A stretch of DNA of 64,000 bases, from the IMG/VR virus record IMGVR_UViG_3300043773_002340, positions 7,913 to 71,912 of that record, one strand, 5' to 3'. The notes beneath the pieces were generated by a model. It worked only from the letters and a program-made list of their open reading frames with translations. It had not been told where the DNA came from and did not search any database. Shown here piece after piece: positions 1 to 8,651 of this stretch. This stretch comes from a virus. The stretch's first letter is position 1; each line of letters begins with the position of its first letter. A program made the position numbers and the translations under genes.

Positions 1-193
1 CACGGGGTTGGTTGCCGTAGAAGGCGGAGTTAGGCTGCCAGGGCTCATCTTCCTTCTTCAGCTTGCTGACCTGAGGGGAGAGAACAGGCACGTCTTCGGC
101 TTCGATGCCGGTGCCGTGGGAGCCACGCTCGCTGAATTCATACAGCTCGTACGCCTGCTTAAGTGCGGCGTCGGCAATCGAATCTTTACGCAT
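1..193 (-). CDS. Hypothetical protein, runs off left edge; putative internal head protein
   Basis: Not in ORF track. ATG at 193 reads MRKDSIADAALKQAYELYEFSERGSHG... open to position 1; GGGTAAAA motif 22 nt upstream; contains FSE motif. Confidence 0.7.
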   Translation of the reverse strand, partial: MRKDSIADAALKQAYELYEFSERGSHGTGIEAEDVPVLSPQVSKLKKEDEPWQPNSAFYGNQPR

Positions 194-215
194 TTGTCGG
201 AGGACTTTAGAACTA

Positions 216-223
216 TTTTACCC
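216..223 (-). promoter_or_regulatory. GGGTAAAA motif (putative late promoter)
   Basis: ttttaccc on + strand, 22 nt upstream of ATG 193; overlaps the TAA of the upstream gene. Confidence 0.65.
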
Positions 224-631
224 TGGATTGACGCGTTGTGATTGAATTTTCTGCAGGTTTCTCATCTGGGCCTGCCGTCCAGCATTATTTGCCTGCTTGT
301 TGAAAGCTGTCGCCGTGCCCCTTACTTGAGCTGTTTGAGAGGATTGGCTGACACCTGACTGGGTCGCTCCCTTCGGAAGTTGCTTATTTTTCTTCCCTTT
401 GCTGGGTGCTGCGGGCGCCTCGTCTTTAACCGCGGATGCCAAAACCGGTTTACCGTCCTTCATCACCCAACTGACCTTCTCCTCCTCAAATGTCGAGGGC
501 ATTCCTCTAGATGGCATGTTGGTCTCGAGGCCACGATCACGTGCGTGACCCTCAGCGAAGGACCAGTCGATGACGTTATAGTGAACACCTTCGATGAGGT
601 GGTCGACAGAAGGAAGGTTGAAAGTGTTCAT
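218..631 (-). CDS. Hypothetical protein (putative internal head protein)
   Basis: ATG at 631 (MNTFNLPS) just after upstream stop; FAE motif; low-complexity Q/K/A tail. Confidence 0.7.
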   Translation of the reverse strand: MNTFNLPSVDHLIEGVHYNVIDWSFAEGHARDRGLETNMPSRGMPSTFEEEKVSWVMKDGKPVLASAVKDEAPAAPSKGKKNKQLPKGATQSGVSQSSQTAQVRGTATAFNKQANNAGRQAQMRNLQKIQSQRVNPG

Positions 632-633
632 TG

Positions 634-1002
634 TTACCACTTCACCTTGTCGGCCCAATAAGCGGCTGAACTTGGACCTTTAGCGATGTTACGACCGTGA
701 CGGGCTTTGAAAGAAGCGCGCTTCGCTTTCATTCGATCTGACTCGCCCTCTTTGGGTTTGCCAGCTGTGGAGGCACCAGCTTGGCCGAAACGGATCAGTT
801 TGCCACCCTCGGGAAGACCTTCACCACAGGCGCGAACGACATGGCTTTTGCCGTTGTGCGACTCGGCCTTCGGTTTGTTGCAAGCCAAATCCTCTTTGTC
901 GGTGTAGGATTGTTGGGGATAGCCGATGGCCATCGCGTGACGACGTTCTTCGTAGGCTTCTTTGAACTCCGAGAGCAAGTCTGGAGGAAATGACCCAAAC
1001 AT
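634..1002 (-). CDS. Small basic phage protein, DUF5754-like C-terminal domain
   Basis: KSHVVRAC...LIRFGQAG...RASFKARH..NIAKG..SAAYWADKVKW pattern recalled from aquatic phage proteins; N-terminal FPPDLL..FKEAY helix. Confidence 0.7.
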   Translation of the reverse strand: MFGSFPPDLLSEFKEAYEERRHAMAIGYPQQSYTDKEDLACNKPKAESHNGKSHVVRACGEGLPEGGKLIRFGQAGASTAGKPKEGESDRMKAKRASFKARHGRNIAKGPSSAAYWADKVKW

Positions 1003-1478
1003 CAGTCTTCCTCAGCGAAACTCGGCGAACCAGCACTGGGTCCGGCGATGAGCGGCTTGTGCTTCATCTCTTCGGCGAATCCTTGCTGCATTTTCTTTGC
1101 CGCGCGACTCGCCCTCTTGGCGTCCCTCGCCCGTTTTGCCTGCTCACGTGCTTCCTGACGCTGAGCCTTGTTCTGAGCGGCGACCACCCGCTTCCGCATC
1201 TTGGCCTCACGGAGTTCGGCGGGTGTGGAAAGTGGGAGGTTGGTGTCACACTCAACGTCGACCAGCAAATCCCCGCCCATCTGAATCTGGCGGAAGTCCT
1301 CGCTTTCCGAATGTTCGGATTTCTTGATGGGGACACAGTTCGGAACTTCGCGTCCGCCTTTCTTCTTGGTGCCTACAGCAGTATATCCCTTCCAGCAGGC
1401 GTCTTTCAAGTCACCGGTTGCCTTTTCGGTGTATCCAAGCCCGAGCAGGCGATCGAAGTCGTAGTCGTGTAAATTCAT
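1002..1478 (-). CDS. Hypothetical protein with CWKGY...PNCVP mini-domain (putative internal head protein)
   Basis: ACWKGYTAVGTKKKGGREVPNCVP motif familiar from cyanophage proteins; HSE, FAE and FAE motifs. Confidence 0.75.
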   Translation of the reverse strand: MNLHDYDFDRLLGLGYTEKATGDLKDACWKGYTAVGTKKKGGREVPNCVPIKKSEHSESEDFRQIQMGGDLLVDVECDTNLPLSTPAELREAKMRKRVVAAQNKAQRQEAREQAKRARDAKRASRAAKKMQQGFAEEMKHKPLIAGPSAGSPSFAEED

Positions 1479-1762
1479 CGGTGGTGACTCCAGTCCCGAA
1501 GGGACGACATTTCTTCTCGGATTTGAATGAGTTGGGAGTTGATGTTTTCGTGCCAGCTTTCTTCGGCTTGCATGTGAGTCAGGAGTTCTTCCTTCGTCAC
1601 ATATGATTTGGGGATCTCAACTCGAAGTTCGGTGAGGGTGCTCTCCACACTGGTGAGAGTGTTTGTCATCTCATCGAGATTTCTCTTTCCGAGGTAGAGA
1701 ATCACCGAGAGCATGAAGCCGGCAACTGGACCTGCGATGGCAATGAGCAATGAAGCAGTCAT
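1475..1762 (-). CDS. Small membrane-anchored coiled-coil protein (possibly lysis-related)
   Basis: N-terminal hydrophobic helix LLIAIAGPVAGFMLSVILYLG, then heptad coiled coil with YVTKEE. Confidence 0.6.
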   Translation of the reverse strand: MTASLLIAIAGPVAGFMLSVILYLGKRNLDEMTNTLTSVESTLTELRVEIPKSYVTKEELLTHMQAEESWHENINSQLIQIREEMSSLRDWSHHR

Positions 1763-2460
1763 CAGCCTGGCAGACCCGAACCACCTTCTTCAAGACGCTG
1801 TTTCACGGACTCGGGCAGGGCCGACTCCAGACCCATTTCCTTGGCGATGGCGATGATACGCTTCATCACAGCACGTGGTTTTTTCGCGCGACCGACGGAC
1901 GACCACGCGGCTTTCACATCAGTGGCATTGGAGATAGGGAAGCTCTGGTCCGGACCGGCGAACTTGCCCTTTACATCACCTTTGGCGAGCTCTTTACGCT
2001 TCTCTGTGCTCCACTCGCGATACTCGGCGTCTTTGCGCTTTTTGTCATTACAGGAGGCGCAGGAACCACAGGCGCAGCCCTCTTCAAATGCGGGCATGAA
2101 CGAGCCCATCGCGAGATACTCATCCTCTTGTTCGGAGAATGTGTATTCCTTCGACTTCAATTCGCGATGTTCGGCGGCACGGAGAGAGCGGCGACCCATG
2201 ATCTCGCTCATCGCTTGACCACCGTCGGCGTACTCATTCATGTCACGATTGATGAGATTGACACGACTGTCACGGCGCTCCTTGTGATTGGCGAGCCGCA
2301 TCTCGTTATGATCGGTTTTTCCGATGGTCATGAATCCTTCTTCATTGACTCCAGCACCCCACTTCCGACGTTCTTTGTTCTCCTTCTTGAGACCGGGACC
2401 TGACTGGGAGTTGGAGGCATTGATAAAGCCCCCAGCTCCAGGTAGAACGACGCCGTCCAT
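1762..2460 (-). CDS. Hypothetical protein with DUF6582-like C-terminal domain
   Basis: AGPDQSFPISNATDVKAAWSSVGRAKKPRAVMKRIIAIAKEMGLESALPES; CACGSCASC cluster; FSE motif. Confidence 0.7.
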   Translation of the reverse strand: MDGVVLPGAGGFINASNSQSGPGLKKENKERRKWGAGVNEEGFMTIGKTDHNEMRLANHKERRDSRVNLINRDMNEYADGGQAMSEIMGRRSLRAAEHRELKSKEYTFSEQEDEYLAMGSFMPAFEEGCACGSCASCNDKKRKDAEYREWSTEKRKELAKGDVKGKFAGPDQSFPISNATDVKAAWSSVGRAKKPRAVMKRIIAIAKEMGLESALPESVKQRLEEGGSGLPG

Positions 2461-2482
2461 GAAACACTCTGAACTATCGGTG

Positions 2483-2490
2483 TTTTACCC
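2483..2490 (-). promoter_or_regulatory. GGGTAAAA motif (putative late promoter)
   Basis: Intergenic, 22 nt upstream of ATG 2460. Confidence 0.65.
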
Positions 2491-2495
2491 TAGAT

Positions 2496-2864
2496 TCACT
2501 CGTCTTCGTCAGACTCGAGAAGTTCCTGAATGAGGGCATCGACTTCCTCCTCACTCAAAGTCTCTTCATCCTCGTCACCGTCATCATCACCGACTTCGTG
2601 ATCGCTCTCGTCATAGATTCCGTCATCCTTGACAGCCTCGTCCTCACCGCCACCACGGTACATGATGGGAGATGTCTCGAGTTTGTTCTTGCCGTCCGGA
2701 TACTTCCACAGATCAACAGTGCCATGCCACGGTGAAGTATTGCTCACCTGATTTGTGGGCATCCCAGTCAGCTGGTCGATATCCATATCGTCCGGCGTAG
2801 TCAACTGGTTAGCGTAGGCCTCTTGAAGTGCCTCTAGTGCCTCTGGGCTGAAATAAGAATGCAT
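2496..2864 (-). CDS. Acidic hypothetical protein
   Basis: N-terminal YFSPEALEALQEAY helix, D/E-rich tail; tight gene packing. Confidence 0.75.
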   Translation of the reverse strand: MHSYFSPEALEALQEAYANQLTTPDDMDIDQLTGMPTNQVSNTSPWHGTVDLWKYPDGKNKLETSPIMYRGGGEDEAVKDDGIYDESDHEVGDDDGDEDEETLSEEEVDALIQELLESDEDE

Positions 2865-2866
2865 TG

Positions 2867-3184
2867 TTACTTACCGTTTTGGTTGTTAGGACCGCCGGCA
2901 TTTTTGCCGGGAATGTAGGGGTCGACTTTGGGTTTGTTCTTGCGAGTGTCTTTGATCACTCGGTGAGTGCCGGCTCCAACACCAAGCATTTTTTCCTGAA
3001 GGTCGAGATGACGGCGTTGCTCATCAAACTGTTGCTTCTGCTTGTCGAGTTGACGCTCCATGTCCTCGGTGTCGAGGCGCTCCACGAGTTTGTGGAGTCC
3101 GGAATGAATGTTTTTGTGAAGTTTCTTTCTGCAAATCCCGTCCGGATGGACTTTCGATTTGGCGCATGGCACTGTGTAATCCAT
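2867..3184 (-). CDS. Hypothetical protein
   Basis: ORF coupled to neighbours; C/H cluster CAKSKVHPDGIC, short coiled coil. Confidence 0.65.
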   Translation of the reverse strand: MDYTVPCAKSKVHPDGICRKKLHKNIHSGLHKLVERLDTEDMERQLDKQKQQFDEQRRHLDLQEKMLGVGAGTHRVIKDTRKNKPKVDPYIPGKNAGGPNNQNGK

Positions 3185-3627
3185 CAGGCTCCTCGACGAA
3201 TTTGGAGTTGGGGATCATTCCAGGTAGGCGCGTTATGTCCCACTTGAGTCTGTCTGCGGGGTTTTTTAGTTTTTGCCTCTTGCTCTTTCATGTCCGAAAT
3301 CATAACGTCCCTCATGCGCCTTAACACATTATGAGGGACGCTGCAGTATTTTGAATTTTTGTACGAACGGTACAAGTGGCAGACATGAGAGGGGTCATCG
3401 GCACCCTTAAACATATTCCAGATGCCGAGTTGCTCTTGGTTAGAGAGATCTGCTCTCACGAGCTCCTCGGAAAAAGACACGCCGGTGTCGACCTTTGACT
3501 TGGAAGGAGGCGGGTTGTTATCGTCGCTACTGACACCCATAGGGCGCAAGTAAGGTAGCGCAGGCGCCATGACCATGGCGTCCAGGTCATGCGAAGGCGA
3601 ACGATTCCAGCGTGTCGATTTTCTCAT
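3184..3627 (-). CDS. Hypothetical protein
   Basis: TGATG coupling to phoH; FSE motif. Confidence 0.65.
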   Translation of the reverse strand: MRKSTRWNRSPSHDLDAMVMAPALPYLRPMGVSSDDNNPPPSKSKVDTGVSFSEELVRADLSNQEQLGIWNMFKGADDPSHVCHLYRSYKNSKYCSVPHNVLRRMRDVMISDMKEQEAKTKKPRRQTQVGHNAPTWNDPQLQIRRGA

Positions 3628-4355
3628 CAGTCGTCGTAACGGTCCAGAATGTGGGCGATGACAGAGTTGCGAACAATGTCCTCTTTGTGGAACTCCAGGA
3701 TGCCCACGTCCTGAAGGTGACGCAGACGGTATATGGCGTCAACCAGACCGTTCTCACGGCGGAAGACGTCAAGGTCTGCCTGTTTGGTGTCACCGATCAA
3801 CACCATCTTGCTGTCCTGTCCCACACGAGTTAGACAGGTTTTAACGTGTGATGGGAGGAAGTTTTGAACTTCGTCGACAATGACGAACGACTTGTTCAGT
3901 GAACGACCTCGGATGTCCTCGAGGAGCAGTGGCTCAACTATGCCCTTGTCAAGCAGGTAGTTAGCGGCTCCATGCGACCGGCAACACACGGGGATGTTGT
4001 CAAGAATCGGTCCAAGGAGCGGAGCGATTTTCTCGCTCATGTCGCCGGGAAGCGCACCACGTCCACGTTGAAACTCGACTCCGACGTCGGAGCGAACGTA
4101 GACGACCTTGTCAAAGTCACCTTTGGCGACGAGACTGAGGCCGGTCCAGAGAGCCAACAGGGTTTTGCCTGTTCCTGCTGAACCGTGAGCGATGGTAACT
4201 GTGTTTGTTTTGATGAGTCGGTTGAACTCCTCCTGGCGGTGAGTCTGAAACTTCACGGGGAGGATGTCCATCCCACGTGATTCGTAACCCATCTTCGTCT
4301 CGATCATGTCGACTTGACGACGAAGTTTTCTTTTTTCGCGCGCGCTAACACTCAT
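3627..4355 (-). CDS. phoH: PhoH-family ATPase
   Basis: Walker A GSAGTGKT, GALPGD, IRGRSL, IVDEVQN, TRVG..SKMVLIGD..Q.D, DIVRN; start placed at MSVSAREKRK (alternative ATG 4451). Confidence 0.95.
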   Translation of the reverse strand: MSVSAREKRKLRRQVDMIETKMGYESRGMDILPVKFQTHRQEEFNRLIKTNTVTIAHGSAGTGKTLLALWTGLSLVAKGDFDKVVYVRSDVGVEFQRGRGALPGDMSEKIAPLLGPILDNIPVCCRSHGAANYLLDKGIVEPLLLEDIRGRSLNKSFVIVDEVQNFLPSHVKTCLTRVGQDSKMVLIGDTKQADLDVFRRENGLVDAIYRLRHLQDVGILEFHKEDIVRNSVIAHILDRYDD

Positions 4356-4480
4356 ACAATAAGGGAAAGTGAAACTCTTGGGGATCTCACAATGTGAGAG
4401 TACTTGGGTCTTAAGCCACCTATCACCTCCTGTATGGTAGAGGTGCGTCATTTCTCATACGAGAGATGCGATCACTCCAG

Positions 4481-4488
4481 TTTTACCC
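4481..4488 (-). promoter_or_regulatory. GGGTAAAA motif (putative late promoter)
   Basis: Immediately after terL stop, upstream of the phoH leader. Confidence 0.65.
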
Positions 4489-4490
4489 GG

Positions 4491-6215
4491 TTAGCCGTCC
4501 CATCCCACGCCTCTTCCACGACTCCGCCGTCCACGCATAATCCTTTCGCTTGTCGTCTCCACGATGTCCGCGGTCTCGATTCCCCATCCCTCCGGTCTGA
4601 GTGTGCGGGTTGGCGTTTTCCCCAACGTGGTGAACACCGAAGAGTCGTCGACTTCGGCGCGTCTTGTCGAACCGAGAAACTTACGGTGAGTGATGATAGA
4701 CTCGGCCAACATCCTATTTCCAGAGTCAACATGTTCTAGGAAATAATGTAATCCCCAAACCATGGAGTCAGTGCGGTCATCATGCGCGACATACGGAAAC
4801 TGTGTGAGTTCGCGGATGAACGGATCACACCAGATCCCCTCGACAAACTTCACCCTTCCCTGTTCAAAGAGTGGGGAGACCGCCTGAAGACGAATCGTCT
4901 TTGACTTAAGTGGTTTGAATTCCTCAATGGGGATTTTCGCCTCACGCCTTAGAACTTGAATCAGCGACTGTCCCGAGGCCGCTTTTTCAATGCAGAGAAC
5001 TCGAGCGGAATAAAGACGATAGAGATGTTTGACAGACTCAATGAGGTCTGGAAATGCCCATCTTCCAGTGATAATTTCAATTAAGTAGACAGTTTGTGGG
5101 TCCTCTTTGTTAATCCCACACACGGCCACTGCAGTTTCGTCGGCCATTTCTCTTTCTGAGAAAGCACAGTCAACTGCTAGCCAAGTCACATCAAACTTTG
5201 GAGCTTCTTCGGGCTCAACTTTTGAAATCCACCCAGGCCGGATAATCTGGCCCTCATCACTTTTGGGGACGCCTTGATAAAGAGCTGCGAACTTAAAGCT
5301 CCCCATCGCCTTTTTCTGCGACTGGAGCATGTCTACAGTGAATGCCGTGTTTGTTGGCCAATGAGACTCGCCAAACTGTCTGCCAAGAGGATCACCTGCC
5401 ACGTCTTCACAAAGACCCGCTATGTTAATCCAACGCCAGCCAAAAGGATTTTCTTCTTCATCATATAGTCCGTCTCTCTCCATTAGCACGCCATGCAGAT
5501 CCCGCTCATGAAATCGGGTTGCAATCACCATCTGGCACCAATGGTTTGTTCGACGAGTAGACGCCTGTTCTGCCCACCATGATTCAAGGCTTTCTAATGC
5601 AGCCTTAGAGTCGGAAGATTTCAGCGGGTCATCAATCACCATGGCGCCCACACCTGGGGATTCCATGTCTGTGGTTCCTGCTGTGAAACCCGTCAACACA
5701 CCACCCACCGACGTGGCGAGAATGTATCCGCCGCCAAGCAGGTCATATTTAGAATCGGGGCTAAACCCTGAAAACTCCGGAAAAATCTTTTTGAAGGTCG
5801 GCATCTTCATCATTTGCACAGCTTCTCGGTGAAACTTTCCGGACAGCTGAGCACCGTACGATGCGATAACGTGCTGTGTCTTTTGGTCTCTCCCGAGTAA
5901 CCACGACAAAAACATCGTGGCCAGCATTGACTTTCCAGAACGAGGAGGGCATGACACAATAAGACGCCGCTGGCGCTTAGTGGCTAAATCTTCAAAAGCA
6001 GAACCCAGAATCTCATGAAACTCGGCCACTTGCAGGTCGCCGCCTTTCATCAACTCAGCAAAAGCCAGAAAGCAGTCGCGTGCCGCTCTATGTTTGAACT
6101 CGTGAATAACGCTTTTCGGCGCTTCCATCACCACGAGCTCGTGCAGTCCCCGCTGGTACTTTCTCCAGCTGCTGTGTTCCTCAAGCTGCGAGACGTGCGT
6201 GATGATTGGTCTCAT
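4491..6215 (-). CDS. terL: Terminase large subunit
   Basis: RLIVSCPPRSGKS (Walker A), MVIDDP (Walker B), TRFHERDL, ALYQG.P, nuclease motifs AVDCA, IEKAASG, FP..AHDDRTDS; ATG 6215 overlaps the HNH stop (ATGA). Confidence 0.95.
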   Translation of the reverse strand: MRPIITHVSQLEEHSSWRKYQRGLHELVVMEAPKSVIHEFKHRAARDCFLAFAELMKGGDLQVAEFHEILGSAFEDLATKRQRRLIVSCPPRSGKSMLATMFLSWLLGRDQKTQHVIASYGAQLSGKFHREAVQMMKMPTFKKIFPEFSGFSPDSKYDLLGGGYILATSVGGVLTGFTAGTTDMESPGVGAMVIDDPLKSSDSKAALESLESWWAEQASTRRTNHWCQMVIATRFHERDLHGVLMERDGLYDEEENPFGWRWINIAGLCEDVAGDPLGRQFGESHWPTNTAFTVDMLQSQKKAMGSFKFAALYQGVPKSDEGQIIRPGWISKVEPEEAPKFDVTWLAVDCAFSEREMADETAVAVCGINKEDPQTVYLIEIITGRWAFPDLIESVKHLYRLYSARVLCIEKAASGQSLIQVLRREAKIPIEEFKPLKSKTIRLQAVSPLFEQGRVKFVEGIWCDPFIRELTQFPYVAHDDRTDSMVWGLHYFLEHVDSGNRMLAESIITHRKFLGSTRRAEVDDSSVFTTLGKTPTRTLRPEGWGIETADIVETTSERIMRGRRSRGRGVGWDG

Positions 6216-6784
6216 GACAGAAACTCCGCTGTGAAACCGCACGTTTGACGATTTCGACCACTGAGAACATTCGAAATCATCGACTGATGAATCCCGAGGA
6301 ACTCAGCTGCTGCTTTCACCGATGGAAATACGGCAGTTTCCCCTGTGTCAACATCACGAATCTTCACGGTTTTTCTGCATGCCTCCGCTCTCCTGGCATC
6401 TGCGAGAGCGTGAAGTTCTGGATTTTTTCTGTGCCACTCTTGAAGGTTTTTCCCGTTCGCCACTTTCACATCGCGCGGACCATTTTTTCCACCCCACCTT
6501 CCCCACTCTTTCTTCGCCTCCGCATGACGACTGTTCGTCACACGAGAACCTTTCTTCCCTGCGAGGGACAGAATCTCGAGGAGAATCTCTTCTTTCGTTT
6601 TCTGTCCCGCAAGACCTTTCCAGGCCAGAAGATCTTCGGGTTTCCCCCACAACTGCCAGTTCGTGAAGTGAAACATCGCGTGGCGAGTGAGAGAAATGTC
6701 GCGAATCAGGTTCGACTCATCGTCAGTCCCACCCATGTGTCTCGGCAGAAGGTGGTGTGTGTGCGTAAGGTGTTTTTTCCCCAT
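6212..6784 (-). CDS. Free-standing HNH homing endonuclease with C-terminal NUMOD1/IENR1-like HTH
   Basis: HHLLPRHMGGTDDESNL...HAMFH core; FPSVKAAAEFLGIHQSMISNVLSGR tail. Confidence 0.85.
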   Translation of the reverse strand: MGKKHLTHTHHLLPRHMGGTDDESNLIRDISLTRHAMFHFTNWQLWGKPEDLLAWKGLAGQKTKEEILLEILSLAGKKGSRVTNSRHAEAKKEWGRWGGKNGPRDVKVANGKNLQEWHRKNPELHALADARRAEACRKTVKIRDVDTGETAVFPSVKAAAEFLGIHQSMISNVLSGRNRQTCGFTAEFLS

Positions 6785-6816
6785 TCGGGCGTCTCTTCTC
6801 TTAGGGAATATAGAAG

Positions 6817-7092
6817 TTAGGATGAAAATTTGCGCAAAAGGTCATCAACTTTGGACGAATACTCCTTCGCGAGATTTTTCTCCTCGGAACTCTCCTTCGG
6901 TGCGGTCAGATCTACGATGTCCGAACACAAGTCACGATGGGTTTTAACGGCTGAGTTGAAAATAGTGATGAGATCGCGAATACCCGCGTCGGGCATCGCA
7001 TCCTCAATATAACTCAGGGCCTCAGTCGCAACCTTTAGCGCATCTTGAGCGAGTACTTCCTTGACTTTGAGAATGTCTTCGGTCTTTTTCAT
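6817..7092 (-). CDS. Putative terminase small subunit
   Basis: Small all-helical protein upstream of HNH/terL; assignment is positional. Confidence 0.5.
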   Translation of the reverse strand: MKKTEDILKVKEVLAQDALKVATEALSYIEDAMPDAGIRDLITIFNSAVKTHRDLCSDIVDLTAPKESSEEKNLAKEYSSKVDDLLRKFSS

Positions 7093-7250
7093 CGTGGGAA
7101 TCTTCGGTTGCAGCAGCCGCCACCACCCGGAATTGGGTGTGACGATGCTGGGCGTTGGTTGATCATGGCAAGAATCTGCCTAGCTCGCGAGGTGTCTCCT
7201 TGAGCGAGTGCTTGATAGTACTGAGACCAGAGTTGGGGATTCTCTCTCAT
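7089..7250 (-). CDS. Small hypothetical protein
   Basis: MRENPQLWSQYYQALAQGD...GGGGCCNRRFPR; ATGA overlap with next gene; start uncertain. Confidence 0.55.
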   Translation of the reverse strand: MRENPQLWSQYYQALAQGDTSRARQILAMINQRPASSHPIPGGGGCCNRRFPR

Positions 7251-7358
7251 ATTTTTCAGACTCGACAAGAGCCTCGAAGGTTTCCTCCCACTCCTCGTCA
7301 CTGTTTTCGGCGAAGAAGAATGAGAAACAGAGTGGCGGTTTCTGCTTTTTCATAGAGT

Positions 7359-7366
7359 TTTTACCC
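7359..7366 (-). promoter_or_regulatory. GGGTAAAA motif (putative late promoter)
   Basis: Directly after the stop of 7368..8606, heading the terminase operon. Confidence 0.6.
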
Positions 7367-7367
7367 G

Positions 7368-8606
7368 TCACGACCGAATAGCTGGGCGGCACCCCGGGCA
7401 GCCCAACTTCCAGAGTTCGTTCTCTGATGTATATTCGATTCCCGTCTGTTTAATCCAACCACGCCCGACTGGCGACTGTTGCACCATGATGAACCGTTCC
7501 GGTCCCACCTGAATGAACACGTCTGGCTCGACCCCGATTACGATTCCACCATCGACCATCCGCTGTGTGGCTTGTGGATTGGTCGGGTCAGTGTAGATCG
7601 CTTGAGCATTGCTGAGAACGATTGCCAAAACGCCCGTGGAAGTGCTTTGATTCCAATCATCATCGAATGCGGATCTGCCGTAGCTTTCGTTGGTGAGTTG
7701 GTCGACCCTGGATTTCCACAATCCGATCGTGTAGCGCATCAGATATTGTGGATACCCGTCAATGTCACCGAGACTGCAGTAGATGGCCTCGGCAATGGTC
7801 TCATTGGTCTCCAAGTCTGTGATGGCGACCATGATTTTTTCTTTGTTGTCTCCGAGGTACTGTCCAGTCCACGTGAGACGGACCTTGTTAATAAGTTGTG
7901 CGGGCAGGAAAACGATGGAGGGGTCAGCGTAATACACCATGTTCCCCGACCGGGTGATTTCATTCTCCCAAATGATGCTTCCGCCATTTCCGCCGTCAGC
8001 ATCGACAACATCAGCGCAGGAACCGTCCGGGAAAGCGGGGACATAGATGCGATACTCACCGTCAATGACGCCGGCGAGAGGAAGATTGGTGCGAGTGTAT
8101 CTCCCTGGAAAGATCTGTGAACAGTCACCGCGTTGAACGCATGGATCGAGTGCCACGTACGGCGATGTTTCAGAGGCGGTGATGCCCCACACCTGCGTGT
8201 ACGTGTATTGAGAGTTCTCGGTGATTCCGGTGAAGTTTTCGGACTGAAGGGTGAACGGTTCCGAAAATGAAACACCGGTGTCGGAGGGAACACCGCTCAC
8301 GAGCGTAGTGTAAGCTCCCGCCAAAAGTTGAGTGGCGAAGTCGTGTCCGCTACTCGAAAGATAGTTTTGGGTGCTGAAGTTCAGTTCGAATGTGATAATC
8401 CTCTCGTACACAAGTGGAATACGAGATTTCACATTGAAGAACGAACTGACATACCGCACCACAATGTTGTTGGTGTTTTGAACCACACCTTCTTTGTCAA
8501 TCGCGTCTGCAAGACGCAAAATGTTCACACTGAGAGGTATTTCAGGCGACGCAATCAAAGCGTCGCAAATGTACTGCTCAATGCGCGAGATGGTGTAGAG
8601 TTGCAT
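7368..8606 (-). CDS. Mu gp37-like tail terminator/completion protein with C-terminal extension
   Basis: TISRIEQYICDAL...IVVRY...FELNF...GHDFATQLLAGAYTTL...FTLQSE.F...YTYTQVW pattern in the first ~145 aa. Confidence 0.6.
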   Translation of the reverse strand: MQLYTISRIEQYICDALIASPEIPLSVNILRLADAIDKEGVVQNTNNIVVRYVSSFFNVKSRIPLVYERIITFELNFSTQNYLSSSGHDFATQLLAGAYTTLVSGVPSDTGVSFSEPFTLQSENFTGITENSQYTYTQVWGITASETSPYVALDPCVQRGDCSQIFPGRYTRTNLPLAGVIDGEYRIYVPAFPDGSCADVVDADGGNGGSIIWENEITRSGNMVYYADPSIVFLPAQLINKVRLTWTGQYLGDNKEKIMVAITDLETNETIAEAIYCSLGDIDGYPQYLMRYTIGLWKSRVDQLTNESYGRSAFDDDWNQSTSTGVLAIVLSNAQAIYTDPTNPQATQRMVDGGIVIGVEPDVFIQVGPERFIMVQQSPVGRGWIKQTGIEYTSENELWKLGCPGCRPAIRS

Positions 8607-8616
8607 GTGTAGGGTG

Positions 8617-8644
8617 GTGAAAGAGGGGGAACCGAAGCTCCCCC
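8617..8644 (-). terminator. GC hairpin with short U-rich tail (putative terminator)
   Basis: GGGGAG-CTTCGG-TTCCCC-CTCTTTCAC on minus strand, at the end of the fibre array. Confidence 0.6.
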
Positions 8645-8651
8645 ATCATTC

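Noticed and set aside
6212-6816. Group I intron or intein in the terminase
   Set aside because: terL appears intact from 6215 and terS has its own stop; flanks are too short for an intron core; no intein motifs.
7180-7353. 57-aa ORF MKKQKPPLCF... starting 5 nt after a GGGTAAAA motif
   Set aside because: Overlaps the better-coupled 7089..7250 ORF out of frame; could be a leaderless gene but unsupported.
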